A stretch of DNA of 64,000 nucleotides from the human T2T-CHM13v2.0 reference genome, Homo sapiens. The stretch is from the NCBI RefSeq assembly GCF_009914755.1, contig NC_060941.1. One strand, 5' to 3'. A program made the position numbers and the translations under genes. Under the pieces are notes generated by a model. It searched no databases. It was not told the DNA's origin and saw only the letters and a program-made list of their open reading frames with translations. Positions 25,340-40,388 of this stretch are shown here, one piece after another. The stretch's first letter is position 1; every line of letters starts with the position of its first letter.

Positions 25340-25760
25340 CTGGTGGCTTCCGTGGTCTCCTGTTGACTCCACCTGCCAGTGTCTGCATCTCTTTGCCTGA
25401 GGGCTTTTTCTAAAGCTGTAAAAGTTTGCTTTGTCAGAAGAGGGGAAATGAATACCCTCCCCCAGAGCAGCCTACTCAGCTGGTGGCTGAGGGGATCGGG
25501 TGTATAAATACCCCAGCTACCTTGCCCTCAGCAGGGAGGACTTGGAGGCATCTGTTCTACAGGTCACCAGAGGACCCCGGAGGACTAAGCTCCAGCTGCC
25601 AGCGTGGGTGCTGGCTTGATCCCCTGCTCCTCCTCCTCCTCCCCTGCTGCCTGTCCTCCCTGTGTCCCCTCCCGCCTCCCTGACTGTGGTCTTGTATCTC
25701 CTAAAGGTGCACTGGATCCTTCTCCCAGGACCTGCTTTTGGGTGAACCTGAACTAAGACC
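25340..25760 (+). mobile_element. ERVL LTR16A-like LTR
   Basis: 'ctgcatctctttgcctgagggcttt', 'tataaataccccagct', ends 'ctgcttttgggtgaacctgaactaagac'. Confidence 0.75.
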
Positions 25761-26297
25761 AGTGACAGCAAAGGTCTATGGGTTTAGGGATTGTTTTTAG
25801 GGCAGTTCAAACAGGTACCAAGAACCTGTGGGACAAACACATCAAAAGTGGAACTGCTCAATAGTTTTACTTGGAATCAGCTTTGAACGTGCCTCAAATT
25901 CGGAAAAAGTGCACAAAATCGGCCCTTTATAAGAAGCAACCCCACAGTTGCTGAAGGGAAGGGTTCCTCTGTCTCTTTCTTCTGCCTCCATACAGGAACA
26001 TTTTAAGCCATTTAAACCTCCATATTCCAGAGTCAGAGATTTGGGCTGAACCTAGGTAGCTATTTTGACATCATATAGGACTACACTGAGACAAAATCTA
26101 AGGGAAAAGTGGAGCAGTCGGTCCGGAGGCTTAGCTTCAGCGTGGTTTGTGGACATGGTTCATTCATTGGCTGTTGTCACTGGCGAAGTGGAACTTCTGG
26201 GGTTCGGATTCTTTAACTTCATAATTCAGCCAGTGGGATTGTTTTCTGGGTAATCATGACATCAGCCAAGGTTCAGTCATAGAATCAGGAAGGTCAA

Positions 26298-26911
<614 letters not shown>

Positions 26912-27477
26912 AGGAAGGTCAATCTTTTTGTGACAACATGGGAGTCACACCACAGTGACTTAATCGCCACCTGTACCTCACCCACTCCCCAAAAACTCAC
27001 CCTGTACTCATGTTCCTGGATGAACTAGCTTTGCAAATATCAGCCGTGTGTTTCCATCATGAAAACCCATCCTCTGCATCCTTTATGGAGCTGACCTGAA
27101 ATGGCCAACAGGGAGGACCGGCCCCTTCTGGACCAGCTGAATTTCAAATCAACATGATCTCTCACACACGATCTCTCATCAGCCGCTGGCTGGAAAGACA
27201 CATGATAAAGGATTCGGCAGAGCTTCTGACACCGCAGGCTTTGCGACCTTGTGAGGCTTGGGAGAGAAGCCTGGTTCTCATTTGAACAGATGGGCCTGTT
27301 TGCAAATACTTCCTCTGATACCCTAGAACAGACAACATCCTGTCTGAGGTGGGTGGTTGTGACTGAAGAGACCAAACAGACCTCAAAGAAACACCTGCCA
27401 CAGAAGTGGCAGCTCTGACTGTGGAGCCAAGAAAGCTTCTGCATTGCTGCCTCTCTGTCTAAGGGTGGAATTCTTTT

Positions 27478-27603
27478 TATTATTATTATTATACTTTAAG
27501 TTCTAGGGTACGTGTGCACAACGTGCAGGTTTGTTACATAGGTATACATGGGCCATGTTGGTTTGCCGCACACATTCACTCATCATTTACATTAGGCATT
27601 CCT
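27478..27603 (-). mobile_element. 5'-truncated L1PA 3' end (~125 bp)
   Basis: 'tattatactttaagttctagggtac.tgtgcacaacgtgcaggtttgttacata'; 18-bp TSD TAAGGGTGGAATTCTTTT at 27460 and 27604. Confidence 0.93.
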
Positions 27604-30600
27604 TAAGGGTGGAATTCTTTTAATAAGCAGGCCACGGTAAGGTTCTGAGAGTAAGAGGGAGAGGCAGCCTCCCTGCTGTCCTGCCTGAGAAGCTGGAGGC
27701 TGAGGTCTGATGGAGGAAGACAGGAAGAAGAGAGGGGCAGGATGTCCATGTATCTTTCTGGATGTATCACAGCTGTGCCTGGTACCAGGCAGGGGCAGAC
27801 CATTTCTTCAAGGGCTGATGCTATTCTGAGAAGGTATCTTGCCCACCCAAGCTATCTCTTGGTCCCAGACTTGTCCAATTTTCTTCCCAATGACAGGCAG
27901 CCAACAATGTGCCCTCTTTGCAGTGAGACTGTACTGCAGTTGGAGGGAGAGCCCTGTAGGCAATGCAGAGTGTTCCCAGGGTCATTCCCAAACGTTCATT
28001 CAAGCATGGCACTAGGCCAAGGCTCTGCAGCGAGAGACACCCTGAGACTTCTGATACCCTCTGGGACGAGACTGACAGATACCAGTCAAGGATTTCACTA
28101 ATTCATCTCCCGTGGCCCAAGCAGATGTAATTCATGATATTCCTATGTTCAACTGGGACACAGCCTCAGAATCCTTCTTCATACTCCAATACAGCAGGCA
28201 GCCACGAATGCCGAGATCCAGAGCTGACACCCAAGATGCAACATGCTTTCCACATCTTCCCTGGGGACTTACAGTTTAAAACTGATTCCCTGACACCAAT
28301 AACCATGCAGCAGATATGCAGATACCTCGATAAGAAAGGTCTTTGTGATTTATAATAGCAGATATAATCATTCACCCTGCCTAAAAGCTAAGGGTTTTTG
28401 CCATACTGTGAGGTTTTGAAGCAGAGTATCACGTGATTCGTGTTCCTGAATTTGACATGGGGAATCCTCATCTGAGTTGAGAAGGATATAGCAATCTTCA
28501 GTAGCCACTCCCAGGGGGCCTCTGTCCAGGATACAGGATCTGGACAGAGAACAAAGCAAATAGGACTGATGTCTCCATCCTCGGTAGCATCTCTCCAATC
28601 TGCTCCTATCCCTCTCACTCTCCTAAGCTCCCCTCAAGTAGGTGATCAGGTAAATTATCCTCTAAACTAGGAAAGGTACTATTAATGATTACATCACAAT
28701 AACAGGTAAAATGGGAGGTGTCCCAGGCAAACAGGAATATAGGATCCCCATGCCCACAGGCCCTCTAGTTTTGTATGAGAAGGTGCATCTGTGTGTGCCA
28801 GATGTGTGTGTAGGGGTGGGTGTAATTTGGTGGGTGTGCTATGGGGCGCTGAGCAAAAGCAGATCCTTCTCCTGCCTAGGGTTCAGTCCCTTCCTCAGCC
28901 CTGTGTCCCCTCTGGCTTCGCCTGCCAAGGCTCTATCAGGTGTGAGAGTACAGAGCGATGGAGCTCCTGGCTGAGCTGATGAGGCTCCCAGGGACTAGAG
29001 CAATTAATTAAGCCTCTTCCCAGCTCTCAGCACAAGCCCCGTGCCACTGCCAGAGCCTTTTAATTGCCACTGGAATGGGTAGCTCTTAAAATCAACGTCC
29101 TTCCCTTAAAATCAACGTCCTGCTCAGCAGTGCTAGGAGAGGGAGGCTGGAGAGGGCGTGGAGCTGGCCTGTCCAGCAGTCCCCACTTCCCTTCTGGGGC
29201 AGGTCCCAGGAAATGCTTCCTTCCAATAGCTTCTTCCCTGCTGTGCCCACTTTGGGATTTTTTGCAGCTATGAGGGTGTTGACAAAATTCAGATAGTCAC
29301 ACATGGGAGAGACTTCTGAGATCTTAGAGCCCAGCCAAAGATCCCTGAGGGAAAGGGGCTTTCTGGACACTCAGGCTTGCTGGGAGGGGAAGGATGTTCC
29401 AGCTCTGGTCTTGGCCGATGTCACCATGGATGGACGAGACCTGGATCTAGCTGCTGCAGGCGCTGTGGGGCATGGGACAGAGGGCACACACAGCACTGGC
29501 TGTGGAGTCCTGTTGTGAGCATCCCTGTTGAAAGAACTAGGCAGGAGACTCTCAGGACCAAACAGATACAGTCCAAGGAACCTGGAAAATTGCATGAAGA
29601 GCCCTGGGCCAGGCCTTCAGGAGCCGGGGCCTAGGGGAATCAGGCTGCCCGGAGCAGCCTCTGTGAGAGCTGCTAGGGATGCAATGACCTTAAAGCTGCC
29701 TCTCGACTCTGAGATTCCGGACTGTGATTCTGCGACGGACTCAAACCCAGCATCCAACGCGGAACAATAGCTGTACTCCTGCCCTTCCCGACCCCATGGA
29801 GGGAGGCGGTGGCACAGTTCTATCTACACAGCCAATAATGCAAAAATCACCTCATTTGGAATGCATTAGGATTCCAATTTACAACAAATTTCCTTTCCTA
29901 AACTAGCTTGGCTTTGCAGACATGTGTCTCTGACAGCAGAAAAAGGGCAGGGTCCCTGCATGCCAGGCCAGAAAGAGGGACCTGGCAAGGAATCCTGAAT
30001 TTTCAGGTGAAAAATCTGCTTTAGGCAAACTGGGAATGAATGCTGATGTAACTTGGAGTGTATGTGTGTGCGTGTGCATATGCACGTCTGTGATGAAGGG
30101 TCTGTGCATATTGCGGGAGGCAGAGACCCTGGAGGCCCTACCCAGTGACAGCAATTGCAGATGATGATGTCTGATAATCATATAATCATATTGATAACAA
30201 CCATCATCTCCCTCACCCTTGTGGTGGCTCAATAATTTCACCCATCACTTTGGTTTGTCTTGTGCTTGGGCAGGTGCACTAGGGCCCCGTCTTACAGAAG
30301 AGGATGCTGATGACCAGGGAAGCCCATTAATAAGGTCCCACTGCTGGTAAGTGACAAACTAGGATTGGTAGGCTGCTGTCTCTTTTGGAGGCCCTATGCT
30401 GGACTGTCCCTGAATCTGACACACTTGGGCAGAGTTGGGCTAAGCTAGGCCAGCTCCCGGAAAAAGTGGGTTTTAGCCCTGATGAGGCTAAGGAAGCTGC
30501 TGTGAGGGTGGTGTCCCATGCACCCTTCACCATCCAGGGCTGTGAATCATCATCCAGGCCTTGGGGATGCAGGATGGGTGTTGGAACATATGACAGCTTT

Positions 30601-31174
30601 GCACATTTATTTGTGCTCCTGACAACATGAGCAGAGAAAGCTGCAGGCTATTGACTTGTAGTCTGAGGGTCTGGAGTAGATGTCCCAGTACCCCATCAAT
30701 ATGGCAGCTCTGTCTTCATTAAGGTCCTGGACAGGGGCAAGACCTAGCCTGCTAAGTGCACGGTGTTCTGGGGTCATGGCTCTCTACCAGGGTACCCCAG
30801 GCCAAGGCAAGGCATGTGGAGGGTAGCCTGGGCTATGAGCAGCCATGCCAGGGGCGCCGTCCTTGCTCTCTCTCTTTGAGAACTGCAGAATTAGCTCCTG
30901 GTGGTGGGTGGCCAAGCCCGGCTGCTGCCAGATGGCAGCAGAAGGGCAGCAGGCACCCCCTTCTTGGTGCCCGCTGAACTGTGACAAACCTGGGCCTCTC
31001 AGGCTGGAGCAGAGCCGGCCTGCCTCCCTGTAAGAGTCCAGCTGTGGGACAGGGTGGTGTGTGGGGTTGGGAGGGGAGCTCATAGAGGGTCAAGGAGGCA
31101 AAGGGCTGTGTCAGATCTACTGGCCAGAAGTGAGAGAAGATGTACCTCAAAATGGCTTCATGAAGACAAAAAGG

Positions 31175-31449
31175 GCGGGCATGCCTCTCATTGGTTCCCT
31201 TTACTAAAATATCCATGTCAGCAGGCATGTCTCTCATTGGTTCCCTTTACTGAAGTACCCATGTCGGCAGGCATGCCTCTCATTGGTTCCCTTTACTGAA
31301 GTACCCATGTCAGCAGGCATGCCTCTCATTGGTTCCCTTTACTGAAGTACCCACGTCAGCAGGCATGTCTCTCATTGGTTCCCTTTACTGAAATACCCAT
31401 GTCGGCAGTCATGTCTCTCATTGGTTCCCTTTACTGAAATACCCATGTC
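31175..31449. repeat. Minisatellite, 46 bp x 6
   Basis: Unit gcaggcatgtctctcattggttccctttactgaagtacccatgtcR; CTCATTGG at 31187, 31233, 31279, 31325, 31371, 31417. Confidence 0.97.
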
Positions 31450-32244
31450 TGGCCGAACCCGGGGCGTGATGGTGAGATCGAGATTTGGTCTCTGGATTTC
31501 TCAGCTCTGCTTCTTTCTGCATTGGTCCCTGCTCAGGCAGTTGGGGCAAGATGGTGGCCCACAGCTTCGGCCCTGGGAGAAAGAGCGAGCTTCTCTTCCT
31601 CAACCAATAAAAGCCAAGTTTGTGCCTGACTGAGTCACATGGGCATCCATGGACCAGTCCTGTGCTCTGGGAGTCAGGAGTGGGGTCAGGTTCACAGGGG
31701 ACATGGGGAGGATGATGCGTCCTAAAGCTCAAGAACAGGAGTGAAGGCTGGGTGGCCCAAGGAACCATCACTGCCCATTAACAGGGACAGTATCAACCTG
31801 GATCAGCCCGAAAGTTCTTGAATGGAGGTGTGTCCAGAGAAGAGAGGGAGGGAGGGAGGGAGGAAGGTATGTGTATGTGGATCAGTGAGTACTGCAGGCT
31901 CCCTTCAGAGACAGGGAGAACTTAGCACCAAGCACCAGGGTGCAGCCATAATGAGCCTGACAGGCCCTGTTCCCAGGAGGGCGTCAGGTGTGCGTCATGG
32001 AGGTGTGTGTACACCTGGGTGTGTGTGGAGGAGAAAGGGCGCACTTGCTCCCTGGAAACACCACCCACAGACCTTCCCGAACCCCATCCACAATAGCCAA
32101 TATTTCTCTAGTGCGGTGGACACAAGGCTTTCCACATCTCAGTCTCCCTGGGCAGCAAGTGAGGCTGACACCATTGGGATCTCCGTTTTAACAGGTAAGG
32201 CAGGGCGGGTCAGCACTCGCAGCAGGTAAGTGGGCTGCGTTGGC

Positions 32245-32420
32245 TGCCTGGGTTGGATTCTGGGCTCTGCCACTTACAAGCTATGTGGCCTTCAGATCAC
32301 TTTCTCAACCGCCTTGTGCCTCAGTTTTCCCATTTGTAAGAGGAGCTGATAGAAGCACTTTTCACACCATGTGATGAGGGTGAGATAAGTTGGTGTGTAT
32401 AACCTGCTGAGAAGGCTGCT
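32245..32420 (+). mobile_element. MIR
   Basis: 'ggctctgccacttacaagctatgtggcctt...tgtgcctcagttttcccatttgtaa'. Confidence 0.75.
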
Positions 32421-33034
32421 TTATGTGTTGCAGGAAAAGAGATCTGGGACTCGTATCTCAGCCTTTTGGGCTCAATCTCATGGCTGAACCAGTGCTTTCC
32501 AGAGCCTACAGCCAGGTACTGTGCAGCTCTGAATAGACCTTTCCAGTGGAAGGCTCTAGAGCTCTCCTGTGGATGTTCTTTCCTGCAGCCTGGAGAGCAA
32601 GCAAGTCAGAGGTCCTCTGGGGCCAGTGGGCCGGTGCTGAGCAGGTGAGGCTGCTCTAATGGTTATTAAACGTCCCAGCTGGTGCTGTGCATCTAAGTGC
32701 GGCTGAGGGCGGGACCCGTGAGGCCCTTCTCCCATGATTTCAGCCTGGTCTAAGGGCTCCGGGGGAGTGGGAGCTGAGGGTTCAGGCATCTCTTCCTTCA
32801 AAGGGATATATGGAATAATGCAGAAGATGGAGGCGTGAGCCAATGGCATGAAGGAGCCGGGTGGAAGGAAGTTGGACTGTTTGCCTGCTGGGGAAGGAAG
32901 GGACACTGCAGTGCCCTGCTGCTGAAAGTGGGGTCCATGGGCCAGCAGAACTGTCACCACCTGGAAACCCTGTAGGAAATGCAGAACCTCAGACCGACCC
33001 CAGATTTAGGGTATCAGATACCTGCTTTTTCAAA

Positions 33035-33531
<497 letters not shown>

Positions 33532-33702
33532 ATAAGATGACTTACATGCACTGAAATGCTTGAGAAGCACAGTGTTAGTTATCGACCCCAGGGAAGGTTT
33601 CAGTTACCCCCATCATACTGAGCTTCTACTGGAGTTCCAACAACTAAGAGAAAGAGCCTCTGACACAAGTCAGCGGGCGAAGCTCTAGACTTCATTTCTA
33701 GC

Positions 33703-33920
33703 ACTGTGCTGCCCAATATGGCAGCCATGGGCCATGTGTGGCTATTAAGGTCAAATGTATAGTAATGGAGATGAAGTACAGTGACACATTTCAGTGCTTC
33801 GGTCACACAAGTCGCATTTCAAGTGCTCAGTAGTCACACGTGGTTTGTGGCTGGTATATTGGGCAGCACTGATTACTGAACAATTCCCTTATCACAGAAA
33901 ATTCTATTGAGCAGTGTTGG
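33703..33920. mobile_element. MER3-like hAT MITE
   Basis: 'gctgcccaatatggcagcca..gccatgtgtggcta...catttcaagtgctcagtagtcacacgtgg...atcacagaaaattctattg'. Confidence 0.75.
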
Positions 33921-34639
33921 TTTAGTGTCTGACAGTGTAGTCATGTGCAGAGAATGACCCAACCCCAGCTTTCCCTGAATGGCGGCTTCTCTCTTTGGTG
34001 GCAGGGGCATGGGGGTGTAGGTGGTGGATGGGCAAGTGACAGATGTGTGGAAACTCAAAAGTGTGTGATTTGGGTGGGGAAGGGCACTGCAGCCCCAGAA
34101 AACAGCTGCATGAGTGAGAACATCTGGTGAAAATCAAGGCTTGAGTTAGTTCATGTGAGACGCACTGGAAGGATGTTAGAGATCACTTAGCTCAAATCTC
34201 CCCGTCCCCTTCCTATCACCCATTTAATAAACCAAGACCTAGAAGTCTAAAGAAAAGTGCAGTGGCTAGACTTGAAGTTGGGTTTTGCACTTCAAGACCA
34301 GTGTTTGATGTATTCTGCTTGTGGGACAGTGAGACAAACTCTTTGCCTGCAAAGAAGATTTCATGAGGCGAGTAAGAGGTGCTCGAGAAGACATCACATG
34401 AGAGAGGGCCATTCAGGAACCCAAGAATTTGCCTATAGACTTGGGGGAAGATGGCCAGAGAAATCTGGGGGAGGCACTGGGAAAGAACATTTCATGGTGG
34501 GGGCAGAAGGGGTGGGCAGCAGGGGGAAGGAGGACCTAGGCTGGGAAGGGCCCAGCTCCATCCCTGACCATTCGTCTATTATATGACACCTGCATGGGGC
34601 AGAAGCCAGGGAATGTTTCACAGATATGCCTGGTCTCTT

Positions 34640-35009
34640 CCTCTTTGGTCTGCATTTCTGTGCCTCCCTACCCTCCCCCAGTTAGGTGGGTCCAGGAGAC
34701 TGAACTCTGACCCATGGAATCTGGGCAGAAGGGTTGCTGCAATTTCCAGGGCTGGGCCCTAAAAGGCTCTCTCTGCCTTCTCTGGTAGCCCACCCAGATG
34801 CAGTTGATGCAGTGGAGGACTCTCCAGCCCTAGAAGACTACCGAGATACTAGAAAGGAGGTGCCTTGTCCCCAAAAGACTGGGAGGAGTGGAACATCCCA
34901 GCTAGCTCACTTTAGGCTATTACTGCAAGAAATTAAACCTGTATAGTGTTAAACCATAGTACATTTGGGAGATGTTTGTTATAGCAGCTGGTCTACCCTG
35001 GCTAATACA
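34640..35009 (+). mobile_element. Old MaLR LTR (MLT1J-like)
   Basis: Ends 'tttgttatagcagctggtctaccctggctaataca'. Confidence 0.5.
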
Positions 35010-35520
35010 CTGCATGAAGGGTGCGCTCTAAAATTTCCATCTCTTCACCATGTCCCATAGCATTTGCAAGATGTTTGTAGGTCACTGAAGAGGCCATTCT
35101 TTTCTCTTCCCTCCCTCTGTTTCTCTGTTCTCACTTCTTCCTGTCTAGGAGTTCTGTAGTCATCTCTAATTGGCCCTTCAGGTTCCCCAATCCAGAAGCA
35201 GTTCCTATGAAGGCAGCCCCAGGTTATTGCCATATTCATGGAGTTATCAGGGTTATGGCAGGTCCTAGGACAGAGGAAGTCCCTGCCCATCACTTCCTCC
35301 AGGAAGCCTTCCCTGCATGTTTGGGTTAGCAACCATCCTGTGCATTCCCATAGAATATAGTCAATGATGCCCACATTCTTTGTGGCCTGCTGTACCGTAA
35401 CATATACGCTCAGTACACAATTGTGGTTTACTTATCTCTCTTGTCACTCCACTGTGGGATCCTAGAGAACTCCATCACTTCTACTGTGAAGCAGCAAGAG
35501 CTAGACATGTAGATACCCAC

Positions 35521-36099
35521 TGTGGAAGGCAGCTTCTGATATGGCCTCCAAAGAAGCACCCTCCTGAGATTCATGTCCTTGTGTCATCCTCTCTCCTCCA
35601 GTGTGAGCCAGACCCACTGAGTTGCTTCTAATGAACTGAATACAGCAAAAGTGCTAGGAGATTAGGCTTTAAAAGACTGGGTTATAGTCCTTTTTCAGGT
35701 ACTCTGTCTCTCATTCTCCTTCTTGCCTGATCAAGATACACTCTTTGATGAAGTAAGTTGCCATGTTGGAGAGGCCCATGTGGCAAGGAATTGAGGGTGG
35801 CTTCTGACCACCAGCCAGTAAGGAAATAAAAGTCCTGAGTCCAACAACCCATAAGGAATGGAATCCAGCCAACAACCACAGAACGAGGTTGGAAGTGGAT
35901 TGGCTCCAGTTGAGCCTTCAGATGAGATCTCAGCCTCAGTTCACACCTTGATTCCAGCGTTGTGAGAAACCCTGGCCAGAGGACCCAGTTAAGCCATGTC
36001 TGGGTTACTGACCCCAAAAAACTGTGAGATAATAACTGTGGGTTGTTATAAGCTAATATGTTACAGGGTAATTTTTTATGCAGCAATAGAAAACTAATA
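35521..36099 (+). mobile_element. MaLR LTR, MLT1F-like
   Basis: Starts 'tgtggaaggcagcttctgatatggcc', contains 'ggagaggcccatgtggcaaggaattgaggg', ends 'ttatgcagcaatagaaaactaata'. Confidence 0.8.
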
Positions 36100-37081
36100 A
36101 ACCAATGAAGAATATTTTAATGAAGGAAGGAAAATTGGTCCTCACAAGCAGTAGGGTAATTGGGGTTGGGTTGGTGGCAATGCAGGACGTGGAAGAGAAC
36201 AATGACATGAAGGTGAAACTTGGGTGGGGACAGGGAGTGACCAGATGACCACCACGGCCCTCTCAGATGGGGCTGCCCAGTGATGGCCCTGGGGACAGCT
36301 CCTGAAGATCTCTGGGGCCTCGGGTGGGTGACAGCTCTCCTAAGTCTCTGCTCCTGATGCTGACAAGCCCTCACACTCCACATTCTGTCCACGCAGCTAT
36401 AAATATTAAAACGTGCCAGAGGAGAGATTGCAAAATAGGCCTGTGGGCAAGATACAGCTCTGAATTGGGGAGAGGAAACGAGAATGAATTTCTCTCTTCC
36501 AGTTCCCACTTTGGTCTGTTTATTGCAGAAGGCGCTGTGGGAGATAAGGAGCAGACAGCTCGTGCCCTGCAGGCTGTGCAGGAGGCAGTTCCATTGAGGG
36601 TCGCATGGAGGGGTAGAGTTGGGTGTCACCTAGTTCACGAGGCCGCGTGAGGAGTCGGAGCTCCCCACACCATCTCAGATGCTGCTACTGAGTAGAGCTC
36701 TGGGGTTCAAGCCCTGCTGGTCCCACACCAGGGCAAAAACAAAATATAAAGTAAAACAAAATAAAGTAAAATAAAAGCAAACAGACAAAGTACTCCTGTG
36801 TGGGTAGGTGTGGGGTGGTTTTGGGGCTCCCCAGCCCAGAGTCTGAGCACTACAGCTGGCAGGCAAAGTCCCCCTGGTCCCTCTCTGCTCCTCTGTCTCA
36901 TACCTCGAGTCTTCCTGTCCATCCATTCTTCTCCAGAAACTTCTTTCTCATCCGCTGGCTTCTTTTCCATTCCTGCCACCAGCACTCTCATCTGCTCACT
37001 GTTCATGACCTCCCCAACCAATGACTTTTCTTCTTTCCCTCTACACCTCTTTAATTCACCCTACCAGCAGATTCACTTTAG

Positions 37082-37495
<414 letters not shown>

Positions 37496-38391
37496 ATCAA
37501 CTTTCTAGTTGAGGTAGAAAGGCCTCTTTGTACCATGACCTCCAAGCCTCACCCCTGAGCACCCACTCCTTGCACCAGTTTCCCTGTCTCCCCTCTGCCC
37601 AAATGCACCCTGAGTTATTGTCTTTTTTTTTTTTCTCCTCTCCCAGCCTGGCAGTTCCCAACCAGCTCTTCCTCACGTGTCTTCCTGTACAAGTTATATC
37701 CTCCTTCTTCAAAACTGAGGTCCAATCTTACCTCTCAGCAAATCCATCCCCGACAATTGAAGCCCTAAGTGCTTTCTCTGTCCTCTGAACTCTTATATAA
37801 TTTTAGCCTGTGCAATTCGTTCGTTAATTAATCATCCACTGTGCTGCCTTGAGACATCATTTTTTTTTCTCCTGTAGCCTTGTGCTGATAGTTAACTCTT
37901 TGAGGGTGATTTAAAATTTGCTTGTTTATGTCTTGGCTTCGTGTCCCCTTGTGATATCCTTGGGCATGGATGCCACGGCTTTATACTCCTTGCAGCAACT
38001 TCCCAAGGATCCCAGCACTGAGTGAGGCCGGTCCTGGGACTGCAGAGTGTTTTTGCTGGTTTTTATTCTCTCCTTCCATGGGTCCTGGGACACTATTCTC
38101 TCTGTTTCCCCATTTATTCATTCATTGGTGTCTCCTTTTAAGGGGGCATCTTTCATGCTTGTCCTTGAATGGTATTTCCTTGGGGTTGGTCCTGATCTCC
38201 CTGCCTTTCTCACACTCCACTTTCACCCTGAATCATCTCAGCCAAGTTCCTTCTTCCCACTGCTGCTTGCACGCTGGTGGCAATCAGTGTCTCCACCCAT
38301 CACTGCTTCCTTAAACTGCAGGTCTCTATTGGATCTGTCAAGCTGCACATTCCACAGGAACCTCCAAACCAAGGGACCCAAACAGAACCTG

Positions 38392-38813
38392 CTGTTTGCA
38401 GTTGCCATTGCAAAGTACCACAAACTGGGAGACTTAAAACAAGGGATTTATTCTTTCACAGTTCTAGAGGCTAGAAATCCAAAATCGAGATGTTGCAGGG
38501 CAGTGCTCCCTCTGAAGGCTCCGCAAGAGGATCCCTCCTTGCTCCTGGGGCTCCAGGCAATCCTTGGCATTCCTTGGCTTGTGGCTGCATCGCCTCCGCC
38601 TCTGCCTCTGTCTTCACAAGGACTTCTTCCCTGTGTGTCATTCTGTGTTTTCACACGGCCTTTTAAGGACATCAGCCTTTGAGACCCTAGATTTGGGGTC
38701 TACCATAATCCAGTATAACCTCATCTTAATTAATTAGAGCTGGAAGACCTATTTCCAAATGAAGAGGTTCCAGGTGGTCATGCATTTTAGAGGGTCGCCA
38801 CTCATCCTGGTAC
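38392..38813 (-). mobile_element. MaLR LTR, MLT1C-like
   Basis: 'caaagtaccacaaactgggagacttaaaaca..ttctttcacagttctagaggctagaa'. Confidence 0.8.
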
Positions 38814-40388
38814 ACCCTTAGCTCACCCCCTAACAAGCTTTCTTTTGGTAAATTGCATCCCCCCTCCTTCCCCCAGCCCAGTCACCCAGAGCCAAGAAGC
38901 GTGGGGCTTATGCAGATTCTCCTTTCTCCATTTCTCATCCTCTACTCCAGTCATTCTTGACACTCCTTAGTCACACCCTCCTATCCCTCATCTCCCCTCT
39001 GACTTGCGGGGGTGGCCCCTACCTGCACAGCATAGGTCAGTGTCGGCCAATCTTCTTTTCATTATTCCCTGTCAAGAAGTCTTTTCCTAATCACCTGCCC
39101 CTATGAAATTGCAATGCCACAGATAGACTGTGTGTCTGTTTCTATGCTGTGTGTATTTTTATGCCTTTAAACATAAAGGTAAGATTTCTGGCACGCCCCA
39201 AGAACCAATTTTGCCACTTTGGGGGTGATGTCACCCCCTTATGGAATGCATGGTCTGTGACAACAGCCTCCAGGTGATCTCCCTCCCTCCCTCTGCTCTG
39301 TTCCCACCCCTCCCCTCACCCATGCATCTTTCCTACTTTTATAAAACACAAAAAGAAGCTTGCTCCACCTGAACAGCGTTGCCCCTGAGAGAATGTCCAG
39401 ACCTCTTGGGACAGCATCCTTCTGCATCCAGCGCAGCCAATGGCCCTTCCACCTGCTGCTCCAGCCACACAGGGAGCAGCTGCATTCAGGCCTCTGTGCC
39501 TGGTCCTGGGACACCATCTGCCTGCACGGCCCCCACCTCTTGCTTGCATATTCAGTTTGAATTACATTTCAAGATGCAGGTTTAGGGTCACTATGAGGAG
39601 AAAGTGCTCTCCTACCACCCCCAGGAGACTGGATGCCCATCCATCCCCACTCGCCACACACTCAAAGGTTAAGTGGAACTTCTTCAAAACCATGTCTCCT
39701 CAGGTAGAGCAGGTGCCTGGAGGGGTGGGTGCAACAGGCAGAGGAAGGAGAAGACAGAGCTATTCACGTGGAGTTGGTACCCACAGAACCTGGCCAGCCT
39801 CCCACAGCGGAACTGGTAGCACTGCCATCTCTCTGCCTGGCTCAAATGTCTGGAAATCACGGACTGTTTCTCACCCATCTCTGTATCTCCAGAGCCTAGC
39901 CCAGTCAGTCAGAGCCCAGTGAGTGTTTTCCTGGATGAATGAATGAATGAATGATTAATGGGCTTCTCTGGACCGTGTTTCAGCTGCCCAGCCACTTCGC
40001 ATGAACTCCACTGTTGCTCCCTGTTGCCAGGCACCTCCAAAGGCTGCCTGGTTTCTACCGGCTCATCTCCTCTGCAGACCACCTTTTCCTCCTTCGGGAG
40101 GGGTCACTACGCAGGCACCTGATCCAGGAGGCTGGCTTCTCTCTATGTTGAACTCTGCTCCTGTGGCCCTGGCCCTCCTTCTCTTCCTATTCCCTCACTC
40201 TTCACCTTCAAGCTGAGTCCCGTGATGCCCTTCTGCCCTGCCCCCCCTTACTCACCACTTTTACCCCCGGGCCATGTGCGTGCCATTTTCAGGTGAACAG
40301 CTCTGCCCACCACCTCCTCACCCTGTAGCATCCCCCCTCCAGGCACCCTCTCCACCTGTAAGGATGTGGTCTTTAACAAGTGCCTCTT

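Noticed and set aside
38047-38682. 211-aa ORF
   Set aside because: The second half is an antisense MLT1 LTR; no recognisable domain.
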